DNA of 64,000 nucleotides. Source: Candidatus Krumholzibacteriota bacterium (lineage in GTDB: Bacteria > Krumholzibacteriota > Krumholzibacteriia > JAJRXK01). Positions 39,097 through 49,984 of the stretch are shown here, piece after piece. The position numbers and the translations under genes were made by a program. Numbering within the stretch: position 1 is the stretch's first letter; each line of letters begins with the position of its first letter. The DNA is taken from the NCBI GenBank assembly GCA_963806035.1, contig CAWDWO010000011.1, positions 32,001 through 96,000 on the forward strand. Direction: 5' to 3'. The notes under the pieces are model-generated. The model saw only the letters and a list, made by a program, of their open reading frames with translations. It had not been told where the DNA came from and did not search any database.

Positions 39097-40364
39097 CAGG
39101 ATCCTTTCTCGTCGAGCCCGCCCAAAAGGTGGCCCATCTTGTCGCGTTTCGTCGTGAGGTAGCGGCGATTGGTTGCATTGGAGCCAACCTCGAGTGCCAC
39201 CCTCTCCACGACTTCCAAACCGTAGCCGGAAAGGCCCACGATCTTCTTCGGATTGTTGGTGAGCAAGCGCATCTTGGTAACGCCCAGATCACGGAGAATT
39301 TGCGCGCCGACACCGTAATGCCGCAGATCCGGCTGGAATCCCAGCTTCAAATTGGCCTCCACCGTGTCGGCCCCTTCGTCCTGAAGGGCGTACGCGCGCA
39401 GCTTGTTCAGGAGCCCGATGCCGCGGCCCTCCTGACGCATGTAGAGCACCACTCCGGTGCCCTCTTGACCGACTTGTCGCATTGCCGCGTCGAGCTGCGC
39501 CCCGCAATCACACCGCATGCTGTGAAAGACGTCGCCCGTGAGACATTCACTGTGCACGCGGACCAGAACCGGTTCATCCTTGTCGACCTCACCCATGACC
39601 AGAGCCAAATGGTGCTCGGTATCCACCTTGCTGCTGTAGGAAATCAGGCGAAATTCGCCGAAGGGGGTGGGCAGGACGACCTCGGTCTCGCGCCGAATGA
39701 GCTTCTCGGTGTGCTGCCGGTATTCGATGAGATCCCGCACCGTGATCAGAGGCAGGGAATGCTGACGCGCGAACTCGATGAGAGCGGGCATGCGCATCAT
39801 GCTTCCGTCTTCATCCATGATCTCGCAGAGCACGCCGGCCGGGGGGAACCCCGCCAACCTCGCCAGATCCACCGAGGCTTCGGTATGACCGGCCCGAGTG
39901 AGAACTCCGCCTGCCTGCGCCTGCAGCGGAAATATGTGTCCGGGGCGAGCGAGATCGTGAGGCTTGGTCCTCGGATCGAGAAACTGGCGAATCGTCTCCG
40001 CGCGATCGGCCGCAGAGATCCCGGTGCTCGTGTTCTCGACCGCATCGATGGAAACCGTGAAGCGCGTACCGAGCCGGGATGTATTGCGGTTCACCATGGG
40101 ATGAATCTCGAGTTCCTCCAGGCGCTCGGGCGTGGCAGCGAGACAGACCAGACCCCGTGCGTGGGTCACCATGAAATTGATGTCGGCCGCTGTGGCCATT
40201 TTCGCGGCGAGAATGAGATCGCCCTCGTTCTCGCGATCCGCATCGTCCACCACGACCACCATGCCCCCACTCCGGATTTGCTCGACGGCTTTCTCGATCG
40301 CGTCGATGCGAGAACGATCGGATCTCTCCCTGTCCTTGGCTCCCTGTCTCAGTGCGTCGTCCAT
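39096..40364 (-). CDS. ribBA: Bifunctional DHBP synthase / GTP cyclohydrolase II
   Basis: [51 protein letters not shown]. Confidence 0.97.
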   Translation of the reverse strand: MDDALRQGAKDRERSDRSRIDAIEKAVEQIRSGGMVVVVDDADRENEGDLILAAKMATAADINFMVTHARGLVCLAATPERLEELEIHPMVNRNTSRLGTRFTVSIDAVENTSTGISAADRAETIRQFLDPRTKPHDLARPGHIFPLQAQAGGVLTRAGHTEASVDLARLAGFPPAGVLCEIMDEDGSMMRMPALIEFARQHSLPLITVRDLIEYRQHTEKLIRRETEVVLPTPFGEFRLISYSSKVDTEHHLALVMGEVDKDEPVLVRVHSECLTGDVFHSMRCDCGAQLDAAMRQVGQEGTGVVLYMRQEGRGIGLLNKLRAYALQDEGADTVEANLKLGFQPDLRHYGVGAQILRDLGVTKMRLLTNNPKKIVGLSGYGLEVVERVALEVGSNATNRRYLTTKRDKMGHLLGGLDEKGS

Positions 40365-40377
40365 CGGCTCTTCTCTC

Positions 40378-41028
40378 TCACTCGGCCAGTCCGGCGCGCC
40401 GGATCGATTCCCAACTCAATTCGCCGGAACCCGTATCGGCGGCATGTAGATATCGTTGAAGATACTTGCCCAGAATGTCGGTTTCCAGGTTAACCGCATC
40501 TCCCACTTTCTTTGCGGCCAAGGTCGTCTCGGCCAGAGTGTGGGGGATGAGAAAAACTTCGAAGCTGTCGTGACTCAAGTTCGGGCCCACGGTGAGGCTG
40601 ATTCCGTCGAGAGCCACGCTCCCCTTGGGAACCATCTGCGCGACCAGGGCGGCTTCGCTGGAGAAGCGCCAGTGCTCGGCCTCCCCCATTTCGCGCCGAA
40701 AGACCACACGGGCCACGCCGTCCACGTGACCCTGCACGAAGTGTCCTCCCATGGCTTCTCCCGCGGCCACGGGAAGCTCGAGATTCACCTTTGAACCCGT
40801 CTTCAAGGAGCCGAGAGTCGTCACGCGGAGCGTTTCCGCCATCGCCTCTACCGTGAAATCCGAGCCACCGAGTTCGACGACGGTCTGACAGACCCCGTCC
40901 AGAGCCACACTCGCACCCAGAGTCAAGCGGGGGGCCAGCTTGGCGTTGCGAATGGTGAGGACGCGGTCTTTCGAAGTGCTTCGCAGCGACACGACCTCGC
41001 CAATTCCCTGGATGATTCCCGTGAACAT
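40378..41028 (-). CDS. ribE: Riboflavin synthase
   Basis: [44 protein letters not shown]. Confidence 0.97.
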   Translation of the reverse strand: MFTGIIQGIGEVVSLRSTSKDRVLTIRNAKLAPRLTLGASVALDGVCQTVVELGGSDFTVEAMAETLRVTTLGSLKTGSKVNLELPVAAGEAMGGHFVQGHVDGVARVVFRREMGEAEHWRFSSEAALVAQMVPKGSVALDGISLTVGPNLSHDSFEVFLIPHTLAETTLAAKKVGDAVNLETDILGKYLQRYLHAADTGSGELSWESIRRAGLAE

Positions 41029-41088
41029 GACTCCACTTCCACGAGGACTTTCGATCGAGGCCGAGCATTCGAGGAACGAGCCCGGGTC

Positions 41089-42195
41089 TCAGATGCGCGG
41101 CAGTCCTCTTTTCCGCAAAATCCACTCGCTGTCCTCGCCGCGACGGCGGAGAAGATAGCTCTCCCACCTGCTTTCCGCCCCCGCCCAGAGGGCGGGGCCA
41201 CCCCCGTCTCCGCCGAGTAGAACCGGAGCGCAAAAGAGATGGAGGCGATCCACTAAGCCTTTGGAAATAAAGTGCGTTGCGGTCGTCCATCCACCCTCGA
41301 GCATCACCTGTCCCAGGCCCATCTGGTGCAGATGCTGAAGGATCTCCTTCCCTTCAAGTTCACCATTGGGCCCGGCATTGCAAGCCACGAGTTCGTTTCC
41401 CGCTGCCCGCAAAGGCTCCCCGCGCTCTTCGATCGCGTCCTCGGTGCAGAAGATCAACCAGGGGGCATCGCCGGAGCCGAGCTGATCCGGCAACAGGGAC
41501 AGATGAGGATCGATGACCGCCCGTCTCGGCTGCCGCAGGGTCGGCACCCCGCGCACGTCGAGGGCCGGACGATCCCACAGCGCGGTACGGCGTCCGACCA
41601 AAATCACGCTGGCTCTTGCGCGCATGCGATGGACCATGCGATGAGCGCTCTCACCGGTGATGCGCCGCTGCCCGGGATCCTTCAAGGGACGGTTGGCTCG
41701 CGCCATCCTGCCATCCAAACTCATCGCAATCTTCACGGTGAGATGAGCGCGCGCGCCGCCTTCGGTCTCAAAGAAGGCGTGGTTCAGCTCCCAGGCGCCC
41801 TTCGCCATGAGCCCCTCTTCTACCGCGATGCCCTGCGAGCGGAGCCAGTCTCCTCCACCTCCTCGAACGCGCGGATTGCGATCGGCAAGCGCGTAGACCA
41901 CGCGCGAAACGCCGGCCTCGAGCAGCGCTTTTGAACAGGGAGGGGTACGGCCGGTGTGGTGACACGGCTCGAGGCTCACATAGAGCGTGCTTCCGCGCGC
42001 CTTCTCCGCGGCCCGTCTGAGCGCTTCGACCTCGGCATGCGCGCTGCCGGCCTTCTCGTGGGCGCCTTCGCCCACCACTTCGCCCTCACGGACGAGCACC
42101 GCTCCCACCGCCGGGTTTGGCCAGGTACCGCCGGCGCGACGAGCCGCCAGAGTCAGTGCCCGGCGCATCCAGTGCTCATCGCAATGCAAGGTCAA
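41089..42195 (-). CDS. ribD: Bifunctional riboflavin deaminase/reductase RibD
   Basis: PNPAVGAV, HAE, LEPCHH.GRTPPC, K.AMSLDG, EGG. Confidence 0.93.
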   Translation of the reverse strand: MTLHCDEHWMRRALTLAARRAGGTWPNPAVGAVLVREGEVVGEGAHEKAGSAHAEVEALRRAAEKARGSTLYVSLEPCHHTGRTPPCSKALLEAGVSRVVYALADRNPRVRGGGGDWLRSQGIAVEEGLMAKGAWELNHAFFETEGGARAHLTVKIAMSLDGRMARANRPLKDPGQRRITGESAHRMVHRMRARASVILVGRRTALWDRPALDVRGVPTLRQPRRAVIDPHLSLLPDQLGSGDAPWLIFCTEDAIEERGEPLRAAGNELVACNAGPNGELEGKEILQHLHQMGLGQVMLEGGWTTATHFISKGLVDRLHLFCAPVLLGGDGGGPALWAGAESRWESYLLRRRGEDSEWILRKRGLPRI

Positions 42196-42224
42196 CTCTC
42201 TCCCGGTGGAAAGGGGGCGATCCC

Positions 42225-43166
42225 CTATTCGAGCTCTTCACTCTGTAGATGGAAGAGACCCTCCGCGAACTCTCCGGCGTCGAAGAGCGCGAAGTCCTCG
42301 ACGCCTTCCCCCGTGCCGACGTAACGCACGGGGATCTCGAGCGCCTGCGCGATCGCAACCACGATTCCCCCTTTGGCGGAGCCATCCAGTTTGCTCAAGA
42401 AGATGGAGTCGATGGGGACCACGCCGGAAAACTCGCGAGCTTGGGCAATGCCGTTCTGGCCGGTGTTGGCGTCGATGCAGAGGATGGTTTCGTGGGGCGC
42501 GCCCTCGACCTGACGGCCACACACTCGCGCGATCTTCTCGAGTTCGCGCATCAGTCCTTCCTTGTTGTGCAATCGTCCTGCCGTATCCACGATGACCACG
42601 TCGCGACCTTTGGCTTTTGCCGAAGCAAGAGCGTCGAAAGCAACGGATGCGGGATCGGATCCCATGGCCTGCTTCACGATATCCACGCCGACTCTCTCCG
42701 CCCAGGTCGTGAGCTGATCGACGGCGGCCGCGCGGAAGGTGTCGGCCGCGGCCAACAGGACCTTTCTTCCCCGTTCCTGGTGGAAGTGCGCGAGTTTGGC
42801 GATGGAGGTGGTCTTCCCCACCCCGTTGACGCCCACCATCAGGATCACGTGCGGAGGGCCCGCCAGTTCCACTTCCGATCCGGAACTCCCTCCGACCAGC
42901 TGCGCGACGTCCTCGCGCAGAACCCGGGTGACGTCCGCGAGCTGAGCCTTGGCTCCCTCCTCCTTCAGCCGCTTGCGCAAGCTCTCGGCCAGGGTGGTGG
43001 AGGCCTCCACTCCCACGTCGGCTGCGATGAGGATCTCCTCGACCTCCTCGAGAAACTCCTCGGTGAGATACACCTCGCGCCGCAATGCGGCACCGATGCG
43101 GCTCACCACTTGTTCCGAGGTCTTTCCTAGACTCTTGCGCAGATTGCGCAGTGCGCCAAATACCAC
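42225..43166 (-). CDS. ftsY: SRP receptor FtsY (short form without acidic domain)
   Basis: GVNGVGKTT, DTFRAAA, DTAGRLH, SKLDGSAKGG, GTGEGVED. GTG start at 43166, just after the smc stop. Confidence 0.96.
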   Translation of the reverse strand: MVFGALRNLRKSLGKTSEQVVSRIGAALRREVYLTEEFLEEVEEILIAADVGVEASTTLAESLRKRLKEEGAKAQLADVTRVLREDVAQLVGGSSGSEVELAGPPHVILMVGVNGVGKTTSIAKLAHFHQERGRKVLLAAADTFRAAAVDQLTTWAERVGVDIVKQAMGSDPASVAFDALASAKAKGRDVVIVDTAGRLHNKEGLMRELEKIARVCGRQVEGAPHETILCIDANTGQNGIAQAREFSGVVPIDSIFLSKLDGSAKGGIVVAIAQALEIPVRYVGTGEGVEDFALFDAGEFAEGLFHLQSEELE

Positions 43167-43170
43167 CGGC

Positions 43171-46100
43171 CTACCCTTCCCCCTCCATCTGCCGCAACTC
43201 ACGGTCGTTCGCCTGAGAGTCCACGCTCGCGGTCGCGAGACGCTCGCCCGGGCTGAGTTCCTGCTCCCGCTTCTTGGCCGCGCTCTCGAGAGCCTCGAGA
43301 GGATCATCCGCGTCCAGCTCCTCGAAGCTCACGGAAACCAGACGGCTGACGCCGCTCTCCTCCATGGTGACGCCGTAGAGATGGTCGGCCGCTTCCATGG
43401 AGAGCTTGTTGTGGGTGATCACGATGAACTGGGTGTGCTCCTGAAAACGCTCGATGAGCCGTACGAAACGGCTGATGTTCAAGTCGTCCAGGGGCGCATC
43501 GACCTCGTCCAGGATACAGAACGGGCTCGGCTTGATCAGATACACCGAAAAGAGCAGGGCAATCGCGGTCAGCGCGCGTTCGCCACCGGAGAGCAACGCC
43601 ACCGAATCGATCTTCTTGCCCTTGGGCCGCGCAATGATCTGGATGTCGGCCTCCAGGGGATCGTCCGCCGCAAGCAACTCGAGATCGGCCTCTCCCCCCT
43701 CGAACAAGGTCGTGAAGATCTCACGGAAGTTCTCTCGCACCGATTCGAAAGTCTCACGGAAGAGGGTGCGCGCGGTGCGGTTGATCTTGTCGATGGCTTT
43801 GAGCAGGTGCTCTTTGCTCTCCAGGAGATCGTCCCGCTGCTTCTCCAAGAACTCCAGCCTCACCTTTTTCTGATCGTATTCCTCCATCGCGGCGAAGTTC
43901 ACCGGACCCAGTTTGTCGATCTTCGTCCTGCGATCCTCCAGGAGCTCCAGGATTTGCTCCATGGGGTAGCTGTCGTCCTCCTTGATGAGCTCCTTGGGTA
44001 GTTCCTCCGGGTTCAAGGCGGCGAAGCCGGACTCGATGTCCACACGGTACTTCTCTTGAATGCGCTCCTCGAAGTTGTCGATGGTGAGGCGGTTCTTGGT
44101 GATCGTGTTTTCCACCTCGCCCAAGGCCTTCTCTTTCGCGCGCTGCCGTTCGGAAATCTCGCGCATCTTTTCCTGCGCCTTTTCCAGTTCCGCGCGACGG
44201 CCATCCACGGTCTCACGCAATCCGCGCATTTCCTCCTCGCGCCGTTCCCTCTCCTGGAACAAGGCACCCAGCGTTCCTTCGTGCTCGGTCCGCTGAGAAC
44301 GCCAGGCTCCCATCTGCTCCGTCAAGCTGGCATCCTCTTCGCGCAGGCGGCTGGAGCGAGCGTCGAGGTCCTGTTGCATGGCCCGTAGCCGGTGCAAGCG
44401 GCTTTCGAGCTCTCGCGCCTCCCCTTCGCGTTGAGTCAGCACCAACCTTGCCTGCGCGTGAGCCTCCGCGGCGTTGCCGCGTTCTTCCTCTTGAAACCGC
44501 ACTTTTTCTGCCAGCTCACTCACTTTTTCGCGTGAAGCAGCCTGGTCCACGTCGTGCAAACCCAGACCGCGCTGCATGCTCTCCAGATGAGCGAAGAGAT
44601 CCGCGAGCCGGCTTCTCACGTCTTCGTGCTCGGCCGTGAGATTCTCGAGATTGTGTTCCTCGTGCTGGAGGGCGCTACGCTTGGAGGCCGCCAACTGAGC
44701 TGCCTCTTTCACTTCGTCCTGCACCGAACGCAGCTGCTGCAAGGCCTTGGCGCGAGCTTCTCGTACTTCGGAACGTCGTTTCTCCGAACTTCCCAGGGCC
44801 TCGACCTTCTCGTGGAGGCGGGAGCGCAGCTTCTCCACCTCCTCCGCCAGACTCTCCACCTGCTCCTTGCGTCCGAAGAGGGAGAGCTCCCGCTTCTTGC
44901 CCACTCCGCCGCGGACCAGGCCGTCCGATCGTATGAAGAGACCCTCTTTCGCGAGGAAGGAGACGCCGTCGCCCGCGTGCTTCAGGGCCGCGTCGACCGC
45001 ATCCTGCGCGGTGTCCACCACGCGAACCTGCCCGAGCCAGGAACGAAGGTGTTGGCTCTCCATCCCGCGAACGCGGACCAGCTGCAGAGCCGGCTGTCCG
45101 GGCAGGCTCGGTTTTTCGGCCGTACCCATCGCGCCGTTGCCCAGATCGACGAGGAAGGAGCCCTGTCCCAGGTTCTCGTTCGTGAGTCGCGAAGCGAGCT
45201 CTTGGGCATGCTCGAGCTCGTCCACCAGCAGCGCATCCGCATCCTCGCCGAAGAGCAATTCGAATGCGGTCTCATATCCCTTCGCCACGGTCAGGGTCTC
45301 GGCGAGAGCCCCTCGCAGTGCACGCCGCGAAGTATCATCCTTCAGGAGTGCAGCGGCTCCGCTGCGATACCCTTCGTATTCGGCCGCGATGCGCGCTGCA
45401 ATTTCGTGCCGGCTCTCCGCCCGAGCCAGATCGTCCGCCGCAGATGCGCGATCATCCAGAGCCCGGTCGACCATCCGGTCGGCAAGTTCTTCGGCGTCGC
45501 GGTGCCGCGCGATCTCGGCTTCGATCTCGGAGTATTGCGTTTCGAGAGCGGTGAGATTTTGCTCCACCTCCACGAGTTCTTCCCGCAGGACATTGCGTTG
45601 TCCTTCGTTCTCGCGCAGTTTGGCCTCGAGACTCTTTTCTCTTTCGTTCAGGGACTGGATCCTGGTCTCCTGCGTCGCGACGTCTTTTTTCCGCTCAGCC
45701 TCCTCCTGCAGGAAACTGAGACTCAATTGTTGGGCTTCGGCGAGAGAGTTCCGGGATTGCTCGTAGAGCTGAGTCGCTGAGCGCAGCGCGGACTCCTTGA
45801 CCGCGGTATCTTCTCGCGTCGCCTCGAGCTGCTTTTGCAGTTGCTCCTGTTCGGCCACCGCTTCTGTGAGTTCGCTCTCGATTTCGGCGGCACGCTCCTG
45901 GGTGCGAGCGCGCTCTTGCGCCAGCTCTTCCAGGCGGCGTCCGCCGCTCTCCAGGCGTTCCTTCAGCACTAGCAGCTCGCCTTCGAGCTGCTTCAACTTC
46001 GCTTCCACCCGCGAGAAGTCGTGCTCCTTCTGGCGGCGTTCACCCTCGAGGGTATCGATCGCCGGGCGCATTTCCTCGATCGCCGCGCGTGTCTTGGAGA

Positions 46101-46884
46101 GCTCCGCGTCCTCCCCCGATCCTTCCACCTTGAGAACTTCGATTCTCTCCTGCAGTTCGCTCAGTTCCCTGCGAAGCGACTTGGTCTCGTGATGAGCGCG
46201 GATGATTTCCAGAGACTTGAGTTCGCCAAAGATACGCTTGTGACGGCGAGCCTTGCCGACCTGGCGCGCGAGGCTTCTCACCTGGTGTCCGATTTCGTCG
46301 ATGATGTCTTCGACTCGCAGGAGGTCTCGCTCGGTGAGATCCAGTTTGCGCAGAGCTTCCTTCCGCTTCGCTTTGTAACGAACGACGCCCGAACCCTCTT
46401 CGAGGATGCTACGAACTTTGTTTTCGCTGGGGTTGAGAACCTGACCCACCATCTCCTGCTCGATGATGGAGTAGGCGTTGTTCCCTGCACCAGTGTCGTA
46501 AAGAAGGTCCTTGAGATCCTTCAGGCGGCACGGTGTCTTGTTGAGAAAGTAGTCGCTGCCGCCGTCGCGCGAGACGCGCCTCGTGATCGCCACTTCGTCG
46601 TATTCGATGTTCAACCTGCCGGTCGTGTTGTCGAAGACGAGGGTGACTTCGGCGGTAGAGAGCGGCTTGCGCTTCGTGCTGCCCTTGAAGATGACGTCTT
46701 CCATCTTCTCGCCGCGTAGCTGCTTGGGACTCTGTTCACCCAGCACCCAGCGCACCGCATCCACGACGTTGCTCTTGCCGCAGCCGTTGGGGCCCAGGAT
46801 GGAAGTCACTCCGTCGCGAAAATCGAGAACTGTACGATCCATGAAGGACTTGAAGCCCACCATCTCCACCCGTTTCAGTCTCAC
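43171..46884 (-). CDS. smc: Chromosome segregation protein SMC
   Basis: GFKSF, Walker A GPNGCGKSN, long coiled coils with hinge, LSGGE, Walker B LDEVDAPLD, ITH. GTG start at 46884 with GAGGAG upstream. Confidence 0.97.
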   Translation of the reverse strand: MRLKRVEMVGFKSFMDRTVLDFRDGVTSILGPNGCGKSNVVDAVRWVLGEQSPKQLRGEKMEDVIFKGSTKRKPLSTAEVTLVFDNTTGRLNIEYDEVAITRRVSRDGGSDYFLNKTPCRLKDLKDLLYDTGAGNNAYSIIEQEMVGQVLNPSENKVRSILEEGSGVVRYKAKRKEALRKLDLTERDLLRVEDIIDEIGHQVRSLARQVGKARRHKRIFGELKSLEIIRAHHETKSLRRELSELQERIEVLKVEGSGEDAELSKTRAAIEEMRPAIDTLEGERRQKEHDFSRVEAKLKQLEGELLVLKERLESGGRRLEELAQERARTQERAAEIESELTEAVAEQEQLQKQLEATREDTAVKESALRSATQLYEQSRNSLAEAQQLSLSFLQEEAERKKDVATQETRIQSLNEREKSLEAKLRENEGQRNVLREELVEVEQNLTALETQYSEIEAEIARHRDAEELADRMVDRALDDRASAADDLARAESRHEIAARIAAEYEGYRSGAAALLKDDTSRRALRGALAETLTVAKGYETAFELLFGEDADALLVDELEHAQELASRLTNENLGQGSFLVDLGNGAMGTAEKPSLPGQPALQLVRVRGMESQHLRSWLGQVRVVDTAQDAVDAALKHAGDGVSFLAKEGLFIRSDGLVRGGVGKKRELSLFGRKEQVESLAEEVEKLRSRLHEKVEALGSSEKRRSEVREARAKALQQLRSVQDEVKEAAQLAASKRSALQHEEHNLENLTAEHEDVRSRLADLFAHLESMQRGLGLHDVDQAASREKVSELAEKVRFQEEERGNAAEAHAQARLVLTQREGEARELESRLHRLRAMQQDLDARSSRLREEDASLTEQMGAWRSQRTEHEGTLGALFQERERREEEMRGLRETVDGRRAELEKAQEKMREISERQRAKEKALGEVENTITKNRLTIDNFEERIQEKYRVDIESGFAALNPEELPKELIKEDDSYPMEQILELLEDRRTKIDKLGPVNFAAMEEYDQKKVRLEFLEKQRDDLLESKEHLLKAIDKINRTARTLFRETFESVRENFREIFTTLFEGGEADLELLAADDPLEADIQIIARPKGKKIDSVALLSGGERALTAIALLFSVYLIKPSPFCILDEVDAPLDDLNISRFVRLIERFQEHTQFIVITHNKLSMEAADHLYGVTMEESGVSRLVSVSFEELDADDPLEALESAAKKREQELSPGERLATASVDSQANDRELRQMEGEG

Positions 46885-46933
46885 GCTGTCCTTCTCCTCA
46901 TGTTGAAGCAATCCAATTTGCTGACGAGAGAGT

Positions 46934-48471
46934 TCATTGAGCCACTCTCACCACACCTACATAGTCCACGTCCGGTCGCGACAAAAGAAGCTCGCGAGCC
47001 TCGAGAGCTTCCTTGCGGGTCGGATAGTCACCCACGATTACCCGGTACCAGGTTCCCTTCCCCGGAATCTCCGCCGACACCACGACGGGCGAAAGCCCGG
47101 CCTTGCGCAACTTGGCCAAAGAAGGAAGAGTCTGAAGTGAATCGGGGAAACTCCACGGATGGAGGGCATACCCCTTCTCCGGCCGAAGCCTCAACCTCGC
47201 CAATGCCACCGAGTCCGCCGGCGCGACGCTCTCCTCTTCGCTCGCGGCGGGCCCTTTCTCGGGCGCGGGCCGCGACGCGCTCATCTCCGCGGGCACAGCT
47301 TGGGCTGGCTTCTCCTCCGGGGTCAAGATAGCCGATTTGAGGCTGTCAGGGGGTACCGAATCGATTGCGGCCGAAGACATCTCGGCCGCCGCGGCGGCGT
47401 TCGAATCGGGCCCGGCGGGCGGCGGAAGCTCTGAGTTCGTCCCCTGGGCCGCCAATTCCTGGCTTCGATGGGGCATTTCGCCGCTCGTTTGAACCGAGGG
47501 GCTCTGAGTCCACTGGATCGTGGCCCACGCACCCACGAAACCGACCAGGATCAAGCCGATCCCCAGAGCGATGCGGCGGAAGAGAACACTACTCTGATGG
47601 GGAGGGTGGCTTCTTCCGTAGGGAGAGGAGCCGACGTGACGAACCCTGGGCTCGATCACAGGCTCGGGCTTCTCCGGCGCGGCGGCCACGGCTTCCCTCA
47701 TGGACCCTTGGGGCGCGGCCTCGGGAAACGCCATGACCCCGAAGATGGGGACACTGCTCTCCATGAGATCTTCCGCGAGACCCTCGAAGCGATCCCTGGC
47801 CTCTCCTTTGAGGGTGAGCCCCAACAGGACACCGTCGCCGTACGAGAAGAGCGGGTTGCATTCGCCCTGCGCGTTGCGGGCGGGGGCCGTGATCAACACG
47901 AAATCCCAGAGCGCCTTGAGTTGCCGCAGCGCTCCCTTCAATTCTTCATTGCTCAGCGGTTCGCTCTCGCGCGGCCGGTAACTGCCGACACCCATGAGGT
48001 CGACGTTGTTCACCCGACCGCTTGCAGGGTCGAGCGCGGCGAGGTGCCGTAACGCGCGAGGTCCAAGAATCCCTCGTGCCCGAGTTCACCCAACCACTCC
48101 CCGGGTCCGTCTTCTTCGAACTCTCCGTCCACCAGCAGGACGCGCGCCCCTCCTTCGGCCAGGAGCCGCGCCAGCTGGAAGGCGAGATAAGTTCGCGCTC
48201 GCGCGTTTGTCTGGTCATCACCAACGATGGTGACCAGGCCTTCGCCGGCGCTCGCGTGCGCGCGCAAACCCTCGGCGACGAGACGAAATTCTTCCAGATG
48301 AGCGCCGTCGAGCAGCTCATCGATACTGCCAGCTTCCGGATTGGCCGACGAATATCCGAGGTGATAAAAACCCGATTGCGCCCGGCCCAGCGTGTCGCGG
48401 ATCCACACACCGGCCTCTTCGACACCCTCCCCGCGAGAGGAGTTCAACGGGCCCTGCTTGTCTTCCTTCAC
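46934..48471 (-). CDS. Degenerate Wzc/CpsD(MinD)-like domain + TM helix + Pro/Ala linker + SPOR domain; one apparent frameshift at 48013-48015
   Basis: EEFRLV..GL...LVTIVG.....RTYLAFQLARLLAEGGARVLLVDGE joins, by adding one G, to VNNVDLMGVG...WDFVLITAP...DGVLLGL...IFGV. Then TM helix IALGIGLILVGFVGAWATI and SPOR-like GYALH..SF...LRKAGL...GKGTWYRVIVGDYPTRKEA. Confidence 0.7.
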
Positions 48472-49902
48472 GACGATGTTCCCCCCCTCGCGACTCGAAA
48501 AGATGATGCGGTCGGCGAGTGGCGTGAGATCGCTTTCACGCAGAGTGCGGAAATCGATACGAATGACTCCCTGAGCGATCGAAGTCAAGACCGCGGGGCG
48601 GCCGCGTCTGAGGCGAGCATGCAGCCTCTCCGCACTGGTCTCCTCCGGCCCCTCGAGGTGGAGTTGAATGCTGTCCACGGGACGCTGCGCGAACGAGCCA
48701 CCCCCCACTGCCGCCTCACCTTTCACGACCTTGCACTTCCAGCCCTCCGGGAGCGCCGCTTTCAATTCGAGTTCGAGCCGCGCGGCGCGTCTCTTGAGCT
48801 CGGTCTTGCTCAAGCGAAGCGCGTCCAGCAGCGGAATCTCGGGAGCCCCACTGCCGCGCCCGTACTCTTTCAGAGTGGCCTCGAGCGCGGCCAAAATCAG
48901 TTTGTCCAGACGCAAGGCCCGCATCATGGGATGCTTAGCCAGCTTGGAAACCAGCGCAGCCTCGCCCACGATGAGACCCGCCTGCGGACCTCCCAGGAGC
49001 TTGTCTCCACTGAAGCTGACGAGCTGTGCTCCCGAGCTCAGGGCCTGGTCGATCGTCGACTCTCCCTTCAGGCCGAACTTCGCAAAGTTATAGAGGCAAC
49101 CACTACCTGCGTCAAAGACCAGACGAGCTTCCCGCTCGCGCGCCAGTGCACCGAGTTCTTCGAGTGAAGCTTCCTCGGTGAATCCCTTCACCTCATAGTT
49201 GCTGGGATGAACCTTCAGGATCATGTCCCCGGCCCTCAGGACCTTTGCGTAGTCGGCAAGACCCGTCTTGTTGGTCGTTCCCACTTCGACGATCGTGGCC
49301 CCGGTGGTGCGAAGAAGCTCGGGCATGCGGAAGGACCCGCCGATCGCGACCTGCTCTCCCCGCGAGATGATCGCGCGACGCCCCCGCGCCAGCGCGTGAA
49401 CGATCAGCCACAGAGCTCCGGCTCCGTTGTTCACCGCGAGTCCGGCCTCCGCACCCGTCAGAAGTTGGAGCCAACGCGAGACCGCGCTGATGCGGCTACC
49501 CCGTTTCCCCGACTCCAGCTCGATTTCCAATGCCACCGGATCCTCCGCCACGCGCGCGAGTTCCGTTCGGGCCGCGATTCCCAGCCGGGCGCGCCCGAGG
49601 TTCGTATGCAGCAACACCCCACTCGCGTTGATCACGCTTTGAAGTTGAGGTTGCAGCAGATCGTCGACCTCCTGAACGAGACGCTCTTCGAGGTATCGGG
49701 TGAGTTTGGCCCGATTCAGCGGACCCGGACCGTAACGCCGGGTAAAGCTCTTCCCTCGCGAAAGGAAGGCGCGTTCCTCGGCGAGAACCTCGCGCCCCAA
49801 GCGCGTGAGCAGATCGCTGCGCAGACGGCGGCGAAGAGCGCGCACCGCGCGTCGTTTCAGGAGTTCATGAAGCGGCGGCAATTCCCGCCCGGGATGGCTC
49901 AT
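48468..49902 (-). CDS. selA: L-seryl-tRNA(Sec) selenium transferase; reads in frame into the next gene as sequenced
   Basis: VINASGVLLHTNLGRA, VNNGAGA, SRGEQVAIGGSFRMP, EVGTTNKT, KVHPSNY, PLP motif FSGDKLLGGPQAG, RALRLDK. End inferred at TGA 48468-48470 if the G7 tract at 48481-48487 is off by one base. Confidence 0.9.
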
Positions 49903-49943
49903 ACCGGCGGAGCGATCCTTGATTGGAGAGCGTGGGCGGCGAC

Positions 49944-49973
49944 ACCCTAGCACAGGCGAAAAGGCAGCGTCAA
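49944..49973 (-). promoter_or_regulatory. Sigma70-type promoter of the selA-smc-ftsY-rib operon
   Basis: TTGACG-18 nt-TAGGGT with an extended TG motif. Confidence 0.55.
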
Positions 49974-49984
49974 ACGAGCGCGCG

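Noticed and set aside
43900..46300. Quasi-periodic CTC/TTC pattern over several kb
   Set aside because: It reflects Glu/Leu/Arg-rich SMC coiled coils, not tandem repeats or CRISPR.
48010..48012. TGA at the end of the selA-fused ORF as a possible selenocysteine codon
   Set aside because: Read-through in the same frame gives no meaningful sequence and stops again soon. Homology continues in a different frame, which a one-base indel explains.
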